NCBI GenBank assembly: GCA_965267435.1
Contig: OZ253960.1
Span: forward strand, 4,368,505 to 4,432,504
DNA from: Cyclobacteriaceae bacterium
GTDB lineage: Bacteria; Bacteroidota; Bacteroidia; Cytophagales; Cyclobacteriaceae
Direction: 5' to 3'
DNA: 64,000 nt
This document shows positions 1 through 9,983 of the stretch, in pieces (positions within the stretch are counted from its first letter, which is position 1; each line of letters opens with the position of its first letter). Under the pieces are notes generated by a model. The model had not been told where the DNA came from and did no database searches. It saw nothing but the letters and a program-made list of their open reading frames with translations. A program made the position numbers and the translations under genes.

Positions 1-1284
1 GATGCCTTCCTTGATCCGGGAAAAGATCTCTTCGCGCTCGGTCTCATCCTCCTCCAGCAAGGTGATGCGAAAACCCAGTAACTCGGACGAAAAGGCCGAA
101 ATAGGAACTACACAGACGTGTTTGGCAGCCAGCAGGTAGTACACGAAGCGCTTGTCGAGGGGCATATCTTCCTCGTCGAGCCATGTATCGAGCAGTTCCT
201 GGGCCCGGGGATCATCGATAGCCATCGACTGGTTGGGCCGAAGGGCACCCTCCCGGAAAATAATGGTATTGTAGAAGGCGCCATTGGTCAGGTTGAAGGT
301 GATGTAGGGAATGCCCCGTAGGTACTCCGTCAGGAACTGACTGCGAGATCCTACCCGTGCATTGTTCTCTGCGAGGAATTCAGGGTATCGGGGATCACCA
401 AAGATCCGTGGTATAGCGCGCTGTGGAAGCGTCGTAGAACTGACCTCCACCATCTTGGCATTGTCCAGGGTCTGGCAGAGTCGGTCAAACTCGGCGTCCT
501 TGCCCCGGTTGTAGTACTCAGCCCAACCGCAGCGTCCACCAGGCCAGGGTATTTCTTTGGAGATGCCTTTGAGGCTGATGCCAGGCACGTCACCGATCAC
601 CTCTGCCATGAGACAGGTTTGGGCATTGTTGTACACGATGTTCATGTAGATCTCATCGAAAATGAGGAAGAGGTCGAACTCCTCAGCTATCTCCACGATG
701 CGCTCGAGGATCTCGCGAGGGTAGACCATGCCGGTAGGATTGTCGGGATTGATGACGAGGATCCCGACGATGCTGGGATTGTACTTGACCTTCATGTACA
801 GATCCTTGAGGTTGGGGAACCACTGATTCTCCGGGTCCAGCTGGTAGGTGATGGGGTGGGCATTGGCATGTGCCGCCTCAGAAGACGAATGTGTCGAATA
901 GGCGGGCGATGGACCGATGACCCGTGCAGTGGGTAGCAGGTACTGGTACACCTTGGCGATGGCATCACCGAGGCCATTGAAGAAGGTGATATCCTGCGGC
1001 TGTAGCTGAGCACCCCCTATGCGATTGTTGCGCTCGACCAAAAACTCCCTGGTCTCCAGGAGGCCTTTGGAATGGCTGTAACTGTAGGTGTAATCCTCCT
1101 TTAGTAAGGAGATGATGATTTCTTTGATCCAGGCAGGGAGCTGTCGGTTCTTCTGAATAGGGTCTCCGATGTTTTCCCAATGGATCTGCTTGCCGATGGC
1201 CTGCAACTGCTCGGCCTTCCGCACAATGCCGCGTATCTCGTAAGAAAGTTCGTCTGCACCCAGTCGCAATAATGCCTGCCTCAT
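1..1284 (-). CDS. PLP-dependent aminotransferase, class I/II (alanine-aminotransferase-like); C-terminus cut by the window edge
   Basis: The minus frame is open from position 1 to the ATG at 1284. It is absent from the ORF track because its stop lies outside the window. My translation MRQALLRLGADELSYEIRGIVRKAEQLQAIGKQIHWENIGDP...VINPDNPTGMVY...GISKEIPWPGGRCGW fits fold-type I aminotransferases. Confidence 0.8.
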   Translation of the reverse strand, partial: MRQALLRLGADELSYEIRGIVRKAEQLQAIGKQIHWENIGDPIQKNRQLPAWIKEIIISLLKEDYTYSYSHSKGLLETREFLVERNNRIGGAQLQPQDITFFNGLGDAIAKVYQYLLPTARVIGPSPAYSTHSSSEAAHANAHPITYQLDPENQWFPNLKDLYMKVKYNPSIVGILVINPDNPTGMVYPREILERIVEIAEEFDLFLIFDEIYMNIVYNNAQTCLMAEVIGDVPGISLKGISKEIPWPGGRCGWAEYYNRGKDAEFDRLCQTLDNAKMVEVSSTTLPQRAIPRIFGDPRYPEFLAENNARVGSRSQFLTEYLRGIPYITFNLTNGAFYNTIIFREGALRPNQSMAIDDPRAQELLDTWLDEEDMPLDKRFVYYLLAAKHVCVVPISAFSSELLGFRITLLEEDETEREEIFSRIKEGI

Positions 1285-1459
1285 CTTGACATCGTCTTTT
1301 TGAAATAAAAGTGCGAAAATACACTACCGCCCTGAGTAACTCCATGACGTTCAGCAGCTATTGGACGAAATAGTAGGATCACGCAAAAGAAAATCGATCC
1401 CGGAAGTGCATTATTCCTTCTTAATTGGGTGTCATCAATCGTGGAAATGATAGAAGTAG

Positions 1460-1467
1460 TAGCTTTG
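1460..1467 (+). promoter_or_regulatory. Bacteroidota -7 promoter box (TAGCTTTG) upstream of purH
   Basis: Exact match to the TAnnTTTG consensus, 18 nt upstream of the ATG at 1486. Confidence 0.4.
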
Positions 1468-1485
1468 CAGCCTTTAACGAAAAAC

Positions 1486-3009
1486 ATGGCTTCTAAAAGG
1501 ATCTCTTCTGCCCTCATTTCTGTCTATCACAAGGACAATCTGGAACCTATCATCCGTCAGTTGCACGCACTGGATGTCAAGCTTTACTCTACTGGTGGCA
1601 CCCAGAAATTCATCGCGGAACTAGGTGTACCAGTAACAGCCGTGGAAGACGTGACAGATTACCCCAGTATTTTCGGAGGAAGGGTGAAAACGCTCCACCC
1701 AAAAGTGTTTGGGGGTATCCTGCATCGCCGCGAGACGGACACTGACCTGCAGGAAGTTGCAGAATTTGAGATCCCGCCAATTGATCTGGTGGTGGTAGAC
1801 CTTTATCCCTTTGAGGCGACCGTGGCAAGCGGCGCAAGTCATGAAGACATCATAGAAAAAATCGACATCGGGGGCATCTCCCTGATCCGCGCTGCGGCGA
1901 AGAACTACAAGGATGTGGTAATCATCCCCTCGATGGAAAACTACGACGACCTCCTCGCCATCCTTTCCGAGAAAAACGGAGAGACGACGATCGAGGACAG
2001 ACAGCTACTGGCGGCGAGGGCTTTTGATATCTCTTCTCACTATGACACCGCGATCTTCAACTATATGAATGGCGACAATACCATCACTTCGCTGAAGGTC
2101 AGTAGCCGTTCGTCGAAGACGCTTCGGTATGGAGAAAATCCGCATCAGAAGGGGGAGTTCCACGGGGACCTGGGAGAGTTTTTTGAACAACTACACGGCA
2201 AGGAGCTGTCTTACAATAACCTCATCGACATCGAAGCGGCGGTTCAGCTGATCGCCGAATTTGATGAAACAACCTTCGCCATCCTCAAGCACAACAATGC
2301 CTGCGGCATTGCCGGTGGATCGTCTGTGCTCGAGGCCTATAAGAAAGCATTTGCGGCAGATACCGTGTCGGCCTTTGGAGGTATCCTCGTCTGCAATCGG
2401 GCGATCGACAAGGAAGCTGCTGAAGAAATACACTCTTTGTTTTTCGAGGTGTTGATAGCACCTTCGATCGATGAGGACGCTCTGCCTGTACTGAAGCAGA
2501 AAAAGAACAGGATCCTGTTGATCCAAAAACAGCCGTGGAAGCCGGGCTCTCAGATCAAAACGTTGCTGAACGGTGTCATTCGGCAGGACCACGACTGGAA
2601 GACGGACAGTAATGAAGATCTGAAAGTAGTGACAGAGGTGCAGCCTTCGGATTCGGAACTGAAGGATCTCATTTTTGCGTCCAAGGTTTGCAAGCAAACA
2701 AAGTCCAATGCGATCGTCCTCGTGAAGGATGAGCAGCTGCTTGCCAGTGGCGTAGGACAGACCTCACGTGTGGATGCCCTGGAGCAGGCAATTGCCAAAG
2801 CCAATCGGTTCGGATTTTCGCTGGAAGGAGCTGTTATGGCATCTGACGCTTTCTTCCCGTTCCCCGATTGTGTGGAGATCGCTGGCAACGCCGGCATCAC
2901 GTCGGTGATTCAACCTGGGGGTTCTATCAAGGATCAATTGAGCATTGATTATTGCAATGAACATAAATTGTCAATGGTCATGACCGGATTTAGGCATTTT
3001 AAGCATTAA
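1486..3009 (+). CDS. purH: bifunctional AICAR formyltransferase / IMP cyclohydrolase
   Basis: ORF 1429..3009. Motifs GGRVKTLHPKV, YGENPHQ and SDAFFPF are present. Start moved to the ATG at 1486 (MASKRISSALISVYHK), which matches usual PurH N-termini and lies after the -7 box. Confidence 0.95.
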   Translation: MASKRISSALISVYHKDNLEPIIRQLHALDVKLYSTGGTQKFIAELGVPVTAVEDVTDYPSIFGGRVKTLHPKVFGGILHRRETDTDLQEVAEFEIPPIDLVVVDLYPFEATVASGASHEDIIEKIDIGGISLIRAAAKNYKDVVIIPSMENYDDLLAILSEKNGETTIEDRQLLAARAFDISSHYDTAIFNYMNGDNTITSLKVSSRSSKTLRYGENPHQKGEFHGDLGEFFEQLHGKELSYNNLIDIEAAVQLIAEFDETTFAILKHNNACGIAGGSSVLEAYKKAFAADTVSAFGGILVCNRAIDKEAAEEIHSLFFEVLIAPSIDEDALPVLKQKKNRILLIQKQPWKPGSQIKTLLNGVIRQDHDWKTDSNEDLKVVTEVQPSDSELKDLIFASKVCKQTKSNAIVLVKDEQLLASGVGQTSRVDALEQAIAKANRFGFSLEGAVMASDAFFPFPDCVEIAGNAGITSVIQPGGSIKDQLSIDYCNEHKLSMVMTGFRHFKH

Positions 3010-3171
3010 TACCTCATATTTGCGGTCAGAAAATCACGAAAGTGATGACACCTAAGCCGACGACAAATAGCTTTTTACCAGCATCTGCACGCGACCTCAA
3101 TAAAGAATCGCAAGAAGCTGATATAAAAAACAAATTAGTATCTTCGATTTTCGAAATTTGACCTCAACCCT

Positions 3172-4200
3172 ATGGGCCTTTTTGATTTCTTCTCTAACGA
3201 CATTGCCATTGATTTGGGTACTGCCAACACGCTCATTATCAGCAAGGATAAGGTGGTGGTAGACGAGCCCTCAATCATCGCGATTGACAAAAACACCAAC
3301 AAGGTGCTGGCCATCGGCAGAGAAGCGATGCAAATGCACGAAAAGACGCATGAAAACATCAAAACCATCCGCCCTTTGAAGGATGGTGTGATCGCCGATT
3401 TCCACGCCGCAGAGCACATGATCCGAGGGTTGATCAAGATGATCGACGGCAACAACAAGCGCATCATCCCCGCCAGCCATCGAATGGTTATTTGCATTCC
3501 TTCAGGTATAACGGAAGTGGAGAAGCGGGCAGTACGGGATTCCGCAGAGCACGCCGGCGCTAAAGAGGTGTACATGATACATGAGCCGATCGCCGCGGCA
3601 ATCGGTATTGGCATCAACATCGATCAGCCGATCGGATCGATGGTTGTAGACATCGGAGGGGGTACTACAGAGATCGCCGTGATCGCCCTGTCGGGCATCG
3701 TCTGCGACCAGTCCATCCGCGTCGCCGGAGACTCCTTCAACAAAGACATTCTCGACTACATGCGACGACAGCACAACCTGCTGATCGGTGAGCGAACTGC
3801 TGAGCGTGTGAAAATCGAAGTGGGCTCTGCCCTGACTGAGCTTGACGAAAGTCCGGAAGACTATGAAATCCGCGGTCGCGACTTGATGACGGGAATTCCC
3901 AAGGTGATCAAGATCTCCTATTCTGAAATCGCCTTCGCGATTGACAAGTCTGTGTCGAAAATCGAGGAAGCGGTGCTGAAGGCCTTGGAGATTTCTCCTC
4001 CTGAACTTTCTGCTGATATTTATGACAACGGGATCTACCTCACTGGTGGGGGTGCATTATTACGAGGTCTCGACAAGCGTTTGTCGCTAAAGACAAAACT
4101 ACCGATCCACATCGCCGAGGATCCATTAAGAGCCGTGGTGCGTGGCACCGGACTTGCACTCAAGAATATCCCAAGCTACAAAGCAGTGTTGATGACGTAG
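3172..4200 (+). CDS. mreB: rod shape-determining actin homologue MreB
   Basis: MGLFDFFSNDIAIDLGTANTLI and DIGGGTTEIAVI actin-fold motifs; first gene of the mreBCD-mrdA-rodA block. Confidence 0.97.
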   Translation: MGLFDFFSNDIAIDLGTANTLIISKDKVVVDEPSIIAIDKNTNKVLAIGREAMQMHEKTHENIKTIRPLKDGVIADFHAAEHMIRGLIKMIDGNNKRIIPASHRMVICIPSGITEVEKRAVRDSAEHAGAKEVYMIHEPIAAAIGIGINIDQPIGSMVVDIGGGTTEIAVIALSGIVCDQSIRVAGDSFNKDILDYMRRQHNLLIGERTAERVKIEVGSALTELDESPEDYEIRGRDLMTGIPKVIKISYSEIAFAIDKSVSKIEEAVLKALEISPPELSADIYDNGIYLTGGGALLRGLDKRLSLKTKLPIHIAEDPLRAVVRGTGLALKNIPSYKAVLMT

Positions 4201-5025
4201 ATGCGGAAGCTAATAGATTTTCTCTACAAGCACCGAATTACAGGCTTATTCTTGTTTCTTCAGATCGCCGCACTGTGGATGATCTTCTCGAATAACCGCT
4301 TTTACAACGCCGCCTTCTTCAACTCGTCCAACGCGGTAAGTGGCGCGATCAGCCTCTTCAGCGAGAATACCGTGAGCTACTTCGAATTGCGCGAGGAGAA
4401 TCAGCGCCTGGCAGAAGAAAACGCCCACCTGCGAAAACTTCTCTCCGAGTCTGTGAATGATTATCTCACTCACACAGAAATAGATACCATAGACAACAGC
4501 TTTGAGATCATCACTGGCAAAGTTGTTAGTAAGAGCTATCGGCGTAGTCGCAACTTCCTAACACTTGCTGTAGGAAGAAATGATGGCGTTGAAGCGGGAA
4601 TGGCCGTCGTATCAGGCAGAGGAATAGTCGGCAGAGTACGGGCGGCATCCAATCACTTCTCGACGGTGACAACGGTGCTGAACCCTACGATCATGATCAG
4701 CGGCCAAATCAAGTCATCCAATACCCTGTGCACGACCCAGTGGGATAGAAGGGACTATCGCCGTGTGACCATCAATTACGTACCCCGACACATTGCCCTC
4801 ACCAAAGGTGACACCGTGGTCACGTCAGGATACAATGCCGTATTCCCTCCCAATGTGATGATCGGTGTGATCGACTCGGTATACCTCGCGGATGAGGAGC
4901 CCTTTTACTGGGCACGAGCGACTTTGACAGAAGATATGGCGACTCTGGACTACGCGTATGTCGTCCGTCAGGAGTTGGAGCCGGAAATAGATAGTCTACA
5001 AACAGCCATTTTCGAGGAGCTATGA
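4201..5025 (+). CDS. mreC: rod shape-determining protein MreC
   Basis: Starts directly after the mreB stop. Has an N-terminal TM helix and a coiled coil (ENQRLAEENAHLRKLL) followed by a beta-rich domain, in the conserved position. Confidence 0.9.
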   Translation: MRKLIDFLYKHRITGLFLFLQIAALWMIFSNNRFYNAAFFNSSNAVSGAISLFSENTVSYFELREENQRLAEENAHLRKLLSESVNDYLTHTEIDTIDNSFEIITGKVVSKSYRRSRNFLTLAVGRNDGVEAGMAVVSGRGIVGRVRAASNHFSTVTTVLNPTIMISGQIKSSNTLCTTQWDRRDYRRVTINYVPRHIALTKGDTVVTSGYNAVFPPNVMIGVIDSVYLADEEPFYWARATLTEDMATLDYAYVVRQELEPEIDSLQTAIFEEL

Positions 5026-5534
5026 GACAGGATATCATCCGGCAAATATTCTACTTCATCATTTACGTCTTATTGCAGTTGCCTGTCATCTATCGACTGG
5101 TCCTTTTTGACTCGGCATTCGGCTTCTTCTATGTAGGGTACATCTTGTTTCTCCCGCGACTGCAAAGCAAGGTGACGACATTGCTCCTCGCATTCTTTAG
5201 TGGGCTACTGGTCGATGTATTTTCCAACACGCTTGGGATCCATGCCCTGGCATCGACACTTATCGCTTACGTGCGGCTACCATGGCTGGTGTTTACCCGT
5301 GGCGTGGACGACGATGACGCGCCCATCAGCGTTTTTGCCCTGGGATTGCGTGGTTTGTTGCTTTATGTTGTGCCACTTATATTTTTGCATCATAGTGTCA
5401 TTTTTTTGGTCGAACATGGTTCGTTCTCCCTGTTTGGGATGACGCTTAGACGAATTTTCTTAAGTACAATTTTCACTTCGGCCATACTTGTCACTACCAA
5501 TTACTTATTGGCGACGAAGCGGAGGAGGTTATGA
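5022..5534 (+). CDS. mreD: rod shape-determining protein MreD
   Basis: 170-aa polytopic membrane protein with ATGA overlaps to mreC and mrdA. Called by position and hydrophobicity. Confidence 0.8.
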   Translation: MRQDIIRQIFYFIIYVLLQLPVIYRLVLFDSAFGFFYVGYILFLPRLQSKVTTLLLAFFSGLLVDVFSNTLGIHALASTLIAYVRLPWLVFTRGVDDDDAPISVFALGLRGLLLYVVPLIFLHHSVIFLVEHGSFSLFGMTLRRIFLSTIFTSAILVTTNYLLATKRRRL

Positions 5535-7318
5535 ACGAGAGATCGATCATTATTCGTGCGGCGATAGTGCTCACCACATTTATCCTGATAGTCAGGCTTT
5601 TTGCTATCCAGGTGGTGACGGACGATTACAAACTGGCTGCGGAGAACAATTTCCGAAGAGAGATCATTGCGCACCCTTATCGGGGGTTGATGCACGACAG
5701 GTACGGCTCGCTGATCGCCCACAATGATCCGATCTACAACCTGATGGTCATCCCCCGAGAGGTGGAGCTGGCCGATTCGAGCATCGTGATCGAAGCCCTC
5801 TCTCTGGAAAGTGGGGAGTATACCAGCAGATACCAGAAGGCACGAAGTTTCTCCAGATCCAAACCCTCCACCTTTGAGAGCCAAATACCGCCGGTTTTGT
5901 TCGCCGAGATACAGGATGAACTGAGCAGACTGAAGGGCTACTACTTCGAGGCGCGTACGTATCGCGCCTACAATCATGACAGCTTCGGGAACGCGCTCGG
6001 ATATGTCGGTGAGATCAGCGGAACTACTTTGCGCCGGGACTCGACCAACTACTACCGACAGGGAGACTACGTCGGTATCAGCGGTATTGAACAAAGCTAC
6101 GAACCGGTGTTGCGCGGAACGCGCGGTGTCAGTATCAAGATGGTCAATGCGCAAGGTATCGTGGAAGGGGACTTCCGCGATGGTGAGTATGACACGCTGC
6201 CTATCCCCGGAAAGGACTTGTACCTCACACTCGACCTGGGGCTACAAGAATATGCGGAGTACCTGATGAGAGGCAAGGTCGGTAGTGTTGTGGCCCTGGA
6301 GCCCCATACGGGCGAAGTCCTGGTTTTCCTTTCTTCCCCCAGCTATGACCCTTCCTTGCTTACCGGGCGAGATTTCTCAAGCAACTTTCTCCAACTACAG
6401 CAAGATTCTCTCAAGCCGCTATTCAACCGCCCCATGCAGGCGAAGTATCCACCGGGCTCCATGTTCAAGACCGTGCAAGCCCTGATCGCTATGCAGGAAG
6501 GCGTCCTCTATCCCAACGAGATGATTTACTCCGACCTCACGCTCATTGGTGATCTGGCACCTGCCGGTTACTATGACGTCGTGAAGGCCATCAGGATGTC
6601 GTCCAACAACTACTTCTACAAGGTCTTTCGCCGTGTTATCCAGCAAGGTGAAAACCCAAATGCCTACCTCGATAGCCGGATCGGATTGGAAAAATGGAAG
6701 AACTACGTCAATCAGTTTGGCCTTGGTGTCAAGCTCGGTATCGATCTGCCCAATGAGAACAGCGGGAATATTCCCACAGTCGCCTACTATGATCGCGTCT
6801 ATGGAACGAATAGATGGCAATTTTCAAACATCTACTCTCTCAGTATCGGTCAAGGCGAAGTAGAAGTGACACCGCTGCAAATGGCAAACCTCGGTGCCAT
6901 CATGGCCAATCGTGGTTTTTACCGCACACCTCATCTGATCAGACAGATAGGGTCGGATTCGCTAGTTACGGCGGAAGAGCACGTTCTGCCCATCGATACG
7001 GCCCATTTCAGGGTAGTGATCGATGGAATGGAGCAAGTTGTAATGGCGGGTTCTGGCCGCCGGGGATTTATGCGAGACATCGCTATTTGTGGCAAGACGA
7101 GCACCGTGCAAAATCCCCCTTATCCTGACCACTCGGGATTTATGGGTTTCGCACCTAAGGATGCGCCGCAGATATCCATCGCAGTGTATGTGGAGAATGC
7201 TGGCCAGGGAGGCCGTGCCGCGGTGTCAGTGGCTAGCCTATTGATCGAGAAGTATATAAGGGGAGAGGTCACGAGGCCGTGGCTGGAGGATTACGTGCTT
7301 AAAGGTGAGTTCTTCTAA
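5531..7318 (+). CDS. mrdA: penicillin-binding protein 2 (elongasome transpeptidase)
   Basis: N-terminal TM helix, a PBP dimerisation region, and transpeptidase motifs SMFK (SxxK), SSN (SxN) and KTST (KTG-like). Confidence 0.93.
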   Translation: MNERSIIIRAAIVLTTFILIVRLFAIQVVTDDYKLAAENNFRREIIAHPYRGLMHDRYGSLIAHNDPIYNLMVIPREVELADSSIVIEALSLESGEYTSRYQKARSFSRSKPSTFESQIPPVLFAEIQDELSRLKGYYFEARTYRAYNHDSFGNALGYVGEISGTTLRRDSTNYYRQGDYVGISGIEQSYEPVLRGTRGVSIKMVNAQGIVEGDFRDGEYDTLPIPGKDLYLTLDLGLQEYAEYLMRGKVGSVVALEPHTGEVLVFLSSPSYDPSLLTGRDFSSNFLQLQQDSLKPLFNRPMQAKYPPGSMFKTVQALIAMQEGVLYPNEMIYSDLTLIGDLAPAGYYDVVKAIRMSSNNYFYKVFRRVIQQGENPNAYLDSRIGLEKWKNYVNQFGLGVKLGIDLPNENSGNIPTVAYYDRVYGTNRWQFSNIYSLSIGQGEVEVTPLQMANLGAIMANRGFYRTPHLIRQIGSDSLVTAEEHVLPIDTAHFRVVIDGMEQVVMAGSGRRGFMRDIAICGKTSTVQNPPYPDHSGFMGFAPKDAPQISIAVYVENAGQGGRAAVSVASLLIEKYIRGEVTRPWLEDYVLKGEFF

Positions 7319-8583
7319 TGAGCAGAGATAGGATAGAAAACAAGTTTGACTGGGTAGTAGTGACGATCTACATTGTCCTGATGCTCATAGGCTGGGTGAA
7401 TATCTATGCTGCGGACTACGATCCTGATATTGGCGGGAGCATCTTCAATGTTAGCCGCAACTCCGGTAAGCAGCTGCTGTGGATCTTCTCCTCCGGGCTG
7501 ATCATCGTGGCTATTTTCTTCGTCGACCCAAAGGTTTTTGACACGTTTTCGTGGGTCTTCTATGGCGTGCTGATGTTGCTGCTGATTGTCGTTCTCCTGT
7601 TTGGAAGAGAAGTGGCCGGCTCCCGTTCCTGGTTTGAGATCGGCAGCTTTCGACTACAGCCATCAGAGTTTGCCAAATTCGCCACGCTCCTGGCACTTGC
7701 CAAGTTTCTGGGGCCGGGCAAAGACCTCACGAACCTTAAGTCGTTGTCCCTGGCGGTAGGGATCTTCGCACTGCCGATGGCCCTGATATTACTGCAGGGA
7801 GACGCGGGTACTGCCATTGTATTTGCCAGCCTGATCATTGTACTCTACAGGGAGGGGCTATCGCCCATCTTTATCATCGCCCCGCTCATTCTTTTTGTGA
7901 TCTTCCTGCTGACGCTGCTGGTAAATAAAACCGTGCTCGTTAGCGCCATTGTTATCCTCGCAGTATTCGGCGTAGGATTGACACTCCGCTCTATCAAGCG
8001 AGTCGGTATGATCATCGGCCTCGCGGCGCTGTTGATTGTCACTGTGCAAAGTGTGGACTTCGTACTGAGCGAGGTGCTGAAGCCCCACCAGCAACGAAGA
8101 ATAACGCTGCTGGTCAATCCAAATAGCGATCCGCAGGGAGCGGGATGGAACGTCATGCAATCCAAGATCGCTATCGGATCTGGAGGCTTGACTGGCAAGG
8201 GTTTCCTCAATGGTACCCAGACGCAGTTTGAGTTTGTACCCGAGCAATCCACTGACTTCATTTTCTGTACAGTGGGTGAAGAATACGGCTGGTTCGGTAC
8301 CACGACGATCATCATTCTGTTCGCCGTACTCTTGATGCGAATCCTCATGATCGCTGATCGTCAGAAGTCTGGCTTCGCAAAAGTCTATGGTTACGGGGTG
8401 GCAAGCATCCTATTCTTCCATATCGCGGTCAACATATCCATGACCGTGGGCCTGTTCCCCGTTGCCGGAATACCTCTCCCCTTCCTAAGCTATGGAGGGT
8501 CGAGCCTTTGGTCTTTTACGATTATGGTTTTTGTGCTGTTGAAATTTGACGCCCACCGCACCCAGATATTGGGCCGGCTTTAA
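7318..8583 (+). CDS. rodA: SEDS-family peptidoglycan glycosyltransferase RodA
   Basis: FtsW/RodA/SpoVE-type polytopic protein (QPSEFAKF, TDFIF, GIPLPFLSYGGSS). TAATG overlap with mrdA. Confidence 0.93.
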   Translation: MSRDRIENKFDWVVVTIYIVLMLIGWVNIYAADYDPDIGGSIFNVSRNSGKQLLWIFSSGLIIVAIFFVDPKVFDTFSWVFYGVLMLLLIVVLLFGREVAGSRSWFEIGSFRLQPSEFAKFATLLALAKFLGPGKDLTNLKSLSLAVGIFALPMALILLQGDAGTAIVFASLIIVLYREGLSPIFIIAPLILFVIFLLTLLVNKTVLVSAIVILAVFGVGLTLRSIKRVGMIIGLAALLIVTVQSVDFVLSEVLKPHQQRRITLLVNPNSDPQGAGWNVMQSKIAIGSGGLTGKGFLNGTQTQFEFVPEQSTDFIFCTVGEEYGWFGTTTIIILFAVLLMRILMIADRQKSGFAKVYGYGVASILFFHIAVNISMTVGLFPVAGIPLPFLSYGGSSLWSFTIMVFVLLKFDAHRTQILGRL

Positions 8584-8589
8584 GGGGCA

Positions 8590-9642
8590 TTATCGAAACT
8601 TCCTGAAGACGGCCTTGAGGAGCTCCTTCACCACGTCCGAATTCATGTCCCACTCGAAGGGGCCAGCATAGTTGGTGACAAGGTACTCGACGGCCTGATC
8701 AAATGATGGCTCATGCTCAATCTCGCCAATTGCCTTTTGGAAACTGTTGGCATCTCCCGAGAACAGCTCCTGAGCAAACATGTACCTCTGATTGAGAGAG
8801 ATGGACTCAATAATGGCCCCACCAGCTCCTGCTCGCTCGAGGTGGTCGGCTACCGTATTGTCAGGCTGCTTTTCAAACTGGTCATTGATGGTAGCAGGGC
8901 GCTTTTCCGCCTCCGCATTCTCTGAAGATGGCTCTTTCGAGACCAACTCACTCACAGCCGGTTCACGTACCGGCTCCTCTTGTGGCTCAGGGATCTGGGC
9001 CACTTCGGCAGGGACCTCGGGCTCGTCCATAACGGTGACATCGCCAAGGGAGATGGATTGTATTTCGCTCAGCTGCCCAAATACCAGCTCCCGCGCCTCG
9101 GTAAGGTCCACATCAGCAAAGTATCCCCTGGCCTTTTCTGAGACATCGGCATAGGTGCCCGGGTCTCCATCTAAAAGGAGCTCGTGAAATTCCTTCGTCA
9201 GCACCTTGATGTATTTGAGCAACTGGCTGACTTGCTTTGGGGAATAGGCGGCGTCCATCTTTTCCTCAAACTCACCAGCGATAAACTCCGCGGGTTCGAT
9301 GACAATCTGAAGGCAAGGAACAACGGCTTCTTCAATCAATGGCGTCAGATCGGAGGGTTCGACGGAAATGTTCTGTGACAGCACATTCATGAACTGGACC
9401 ATGGCCTTCTTCACTTCCGGCACTTTGTAATCGAAATAAGGGCTTTCCAATCGCTTCATTTCATCCTGCCAGCGGTTGAAAAGGGACTTCATTACAAAGA
9501 AGTTCAGCTGTTTGCAAGGAGAAAGATTGAGGAGGTCCTTGCCCGTGAGCGACTCGCGCCCGGCATACGCTTTCGATACCACCGCATCGGCAAAAGACTT
9601 TTGGTAGCTTTTCAAAAAGTCTGGGTTCGAAAGTGTAGTCAT
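8590..9642 (-). CDS. hypothetical protein: two globular regions joined by an acidic Pro/Glu-rich linker
   Basis: The track ORF 8590..9954 is trimmed to the ATG at 9642 (MTTLSNPDFLKSYQ). The longer N-terminal extension is Cys/Arg/Ser-rich and overlaps the ferredoxin gene on the other strand. I recognised no family. Confidence 0.7.
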   Translation of the reverse strand: MTTLSNPDFLKSYQKSFADAVVSKAYAGRESLTGKDLLNLSPCKQLNFFVMKSLFNRWQDEMKRLESPYFDYKVPEVKKAMVQFMNVLSQNISVEPSDLTPLIEEAVVPCLQIVIEPAEFIAGEFEEKMDAAYSPKQVSQLLKYIKVLTKEFHELLLDGDPGTYADVSEKARGYFADVDLTEARELVFGQLSEIQSISLGDVTVMDEPEVPAEVAQIPEPQEEPVREPAVSELVSKEPSSENAEAEKRPATINDQFEKQPDNTVADHLERAGAGGAIIESISLNQRYMFAQELFSGDANSFQKAIGEIEHEPSFDQAVEYLVTNYAGPFEWDMNSDVVKELLKAVFRKFR

Positions 9643-9661
9643 ACGGTCGTATCTTGCGTTG

Positions 9662-9982
9662 ATGCTCAAAATTACGATCAAAAACCTTCTAAGTGAAACG
9701 ATCGAATGGGATGAAGGTGTATCCAATCTGTTGAACGGTCTTCTGGCCCACACAGATATCATGCATGCCTGCGGCGGTAAGGGAAGATGCACTACCTGCC
9801 GCGTACGCGTGATAGACGGCGCCGAGCATCTGGGAGCCGACTCGACCGCCGAAGGGCGCTTCAGGGCATTGGGAAGATTGCAGCCGGACGAGCGATTGAG
9901 TTGCCAGATTCGCCCATCGCAGCACCTGGTGGTGGAAATCCCCAATGGTACCAAACTTCCTCATCTCAGCTATTTGTATTGA
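9662..9982 (+). CDS. 2Fe-2S ferredoxin-like protein
   Basis: Cys pattern ACGGKGRCTTCRV ... LSCQ (C-x5-C-x2-C-x~35-C), typical of plant-type 2Fe-2S domains. ATG at 9662. Confidence 0.8.
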   Translation: MLKITIKNLLSETIEWDEGVSNLLNGLLAHTDIMHACGGKGRCTTCRVRVIDGAEHLGADSTAEGRFRALGRLQPDERLSCQIRPSQHLVVEIPNGTKLPHLSYLY

Positions 9983-9983
9983 T

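Noticed and set aside
8590-9954. The full 454-aa version of the hypothetical ORF given in the track.
   Set aside because: The first 104 codons (MVPLGISTTRCCDGRIWQLNRSSGC...) are Cys/Arg/Ser-rich and overlap the 2Fe-2S ferredoxin gene on the opposite strand. The ATG at 9642 gives a normal N-terminus.
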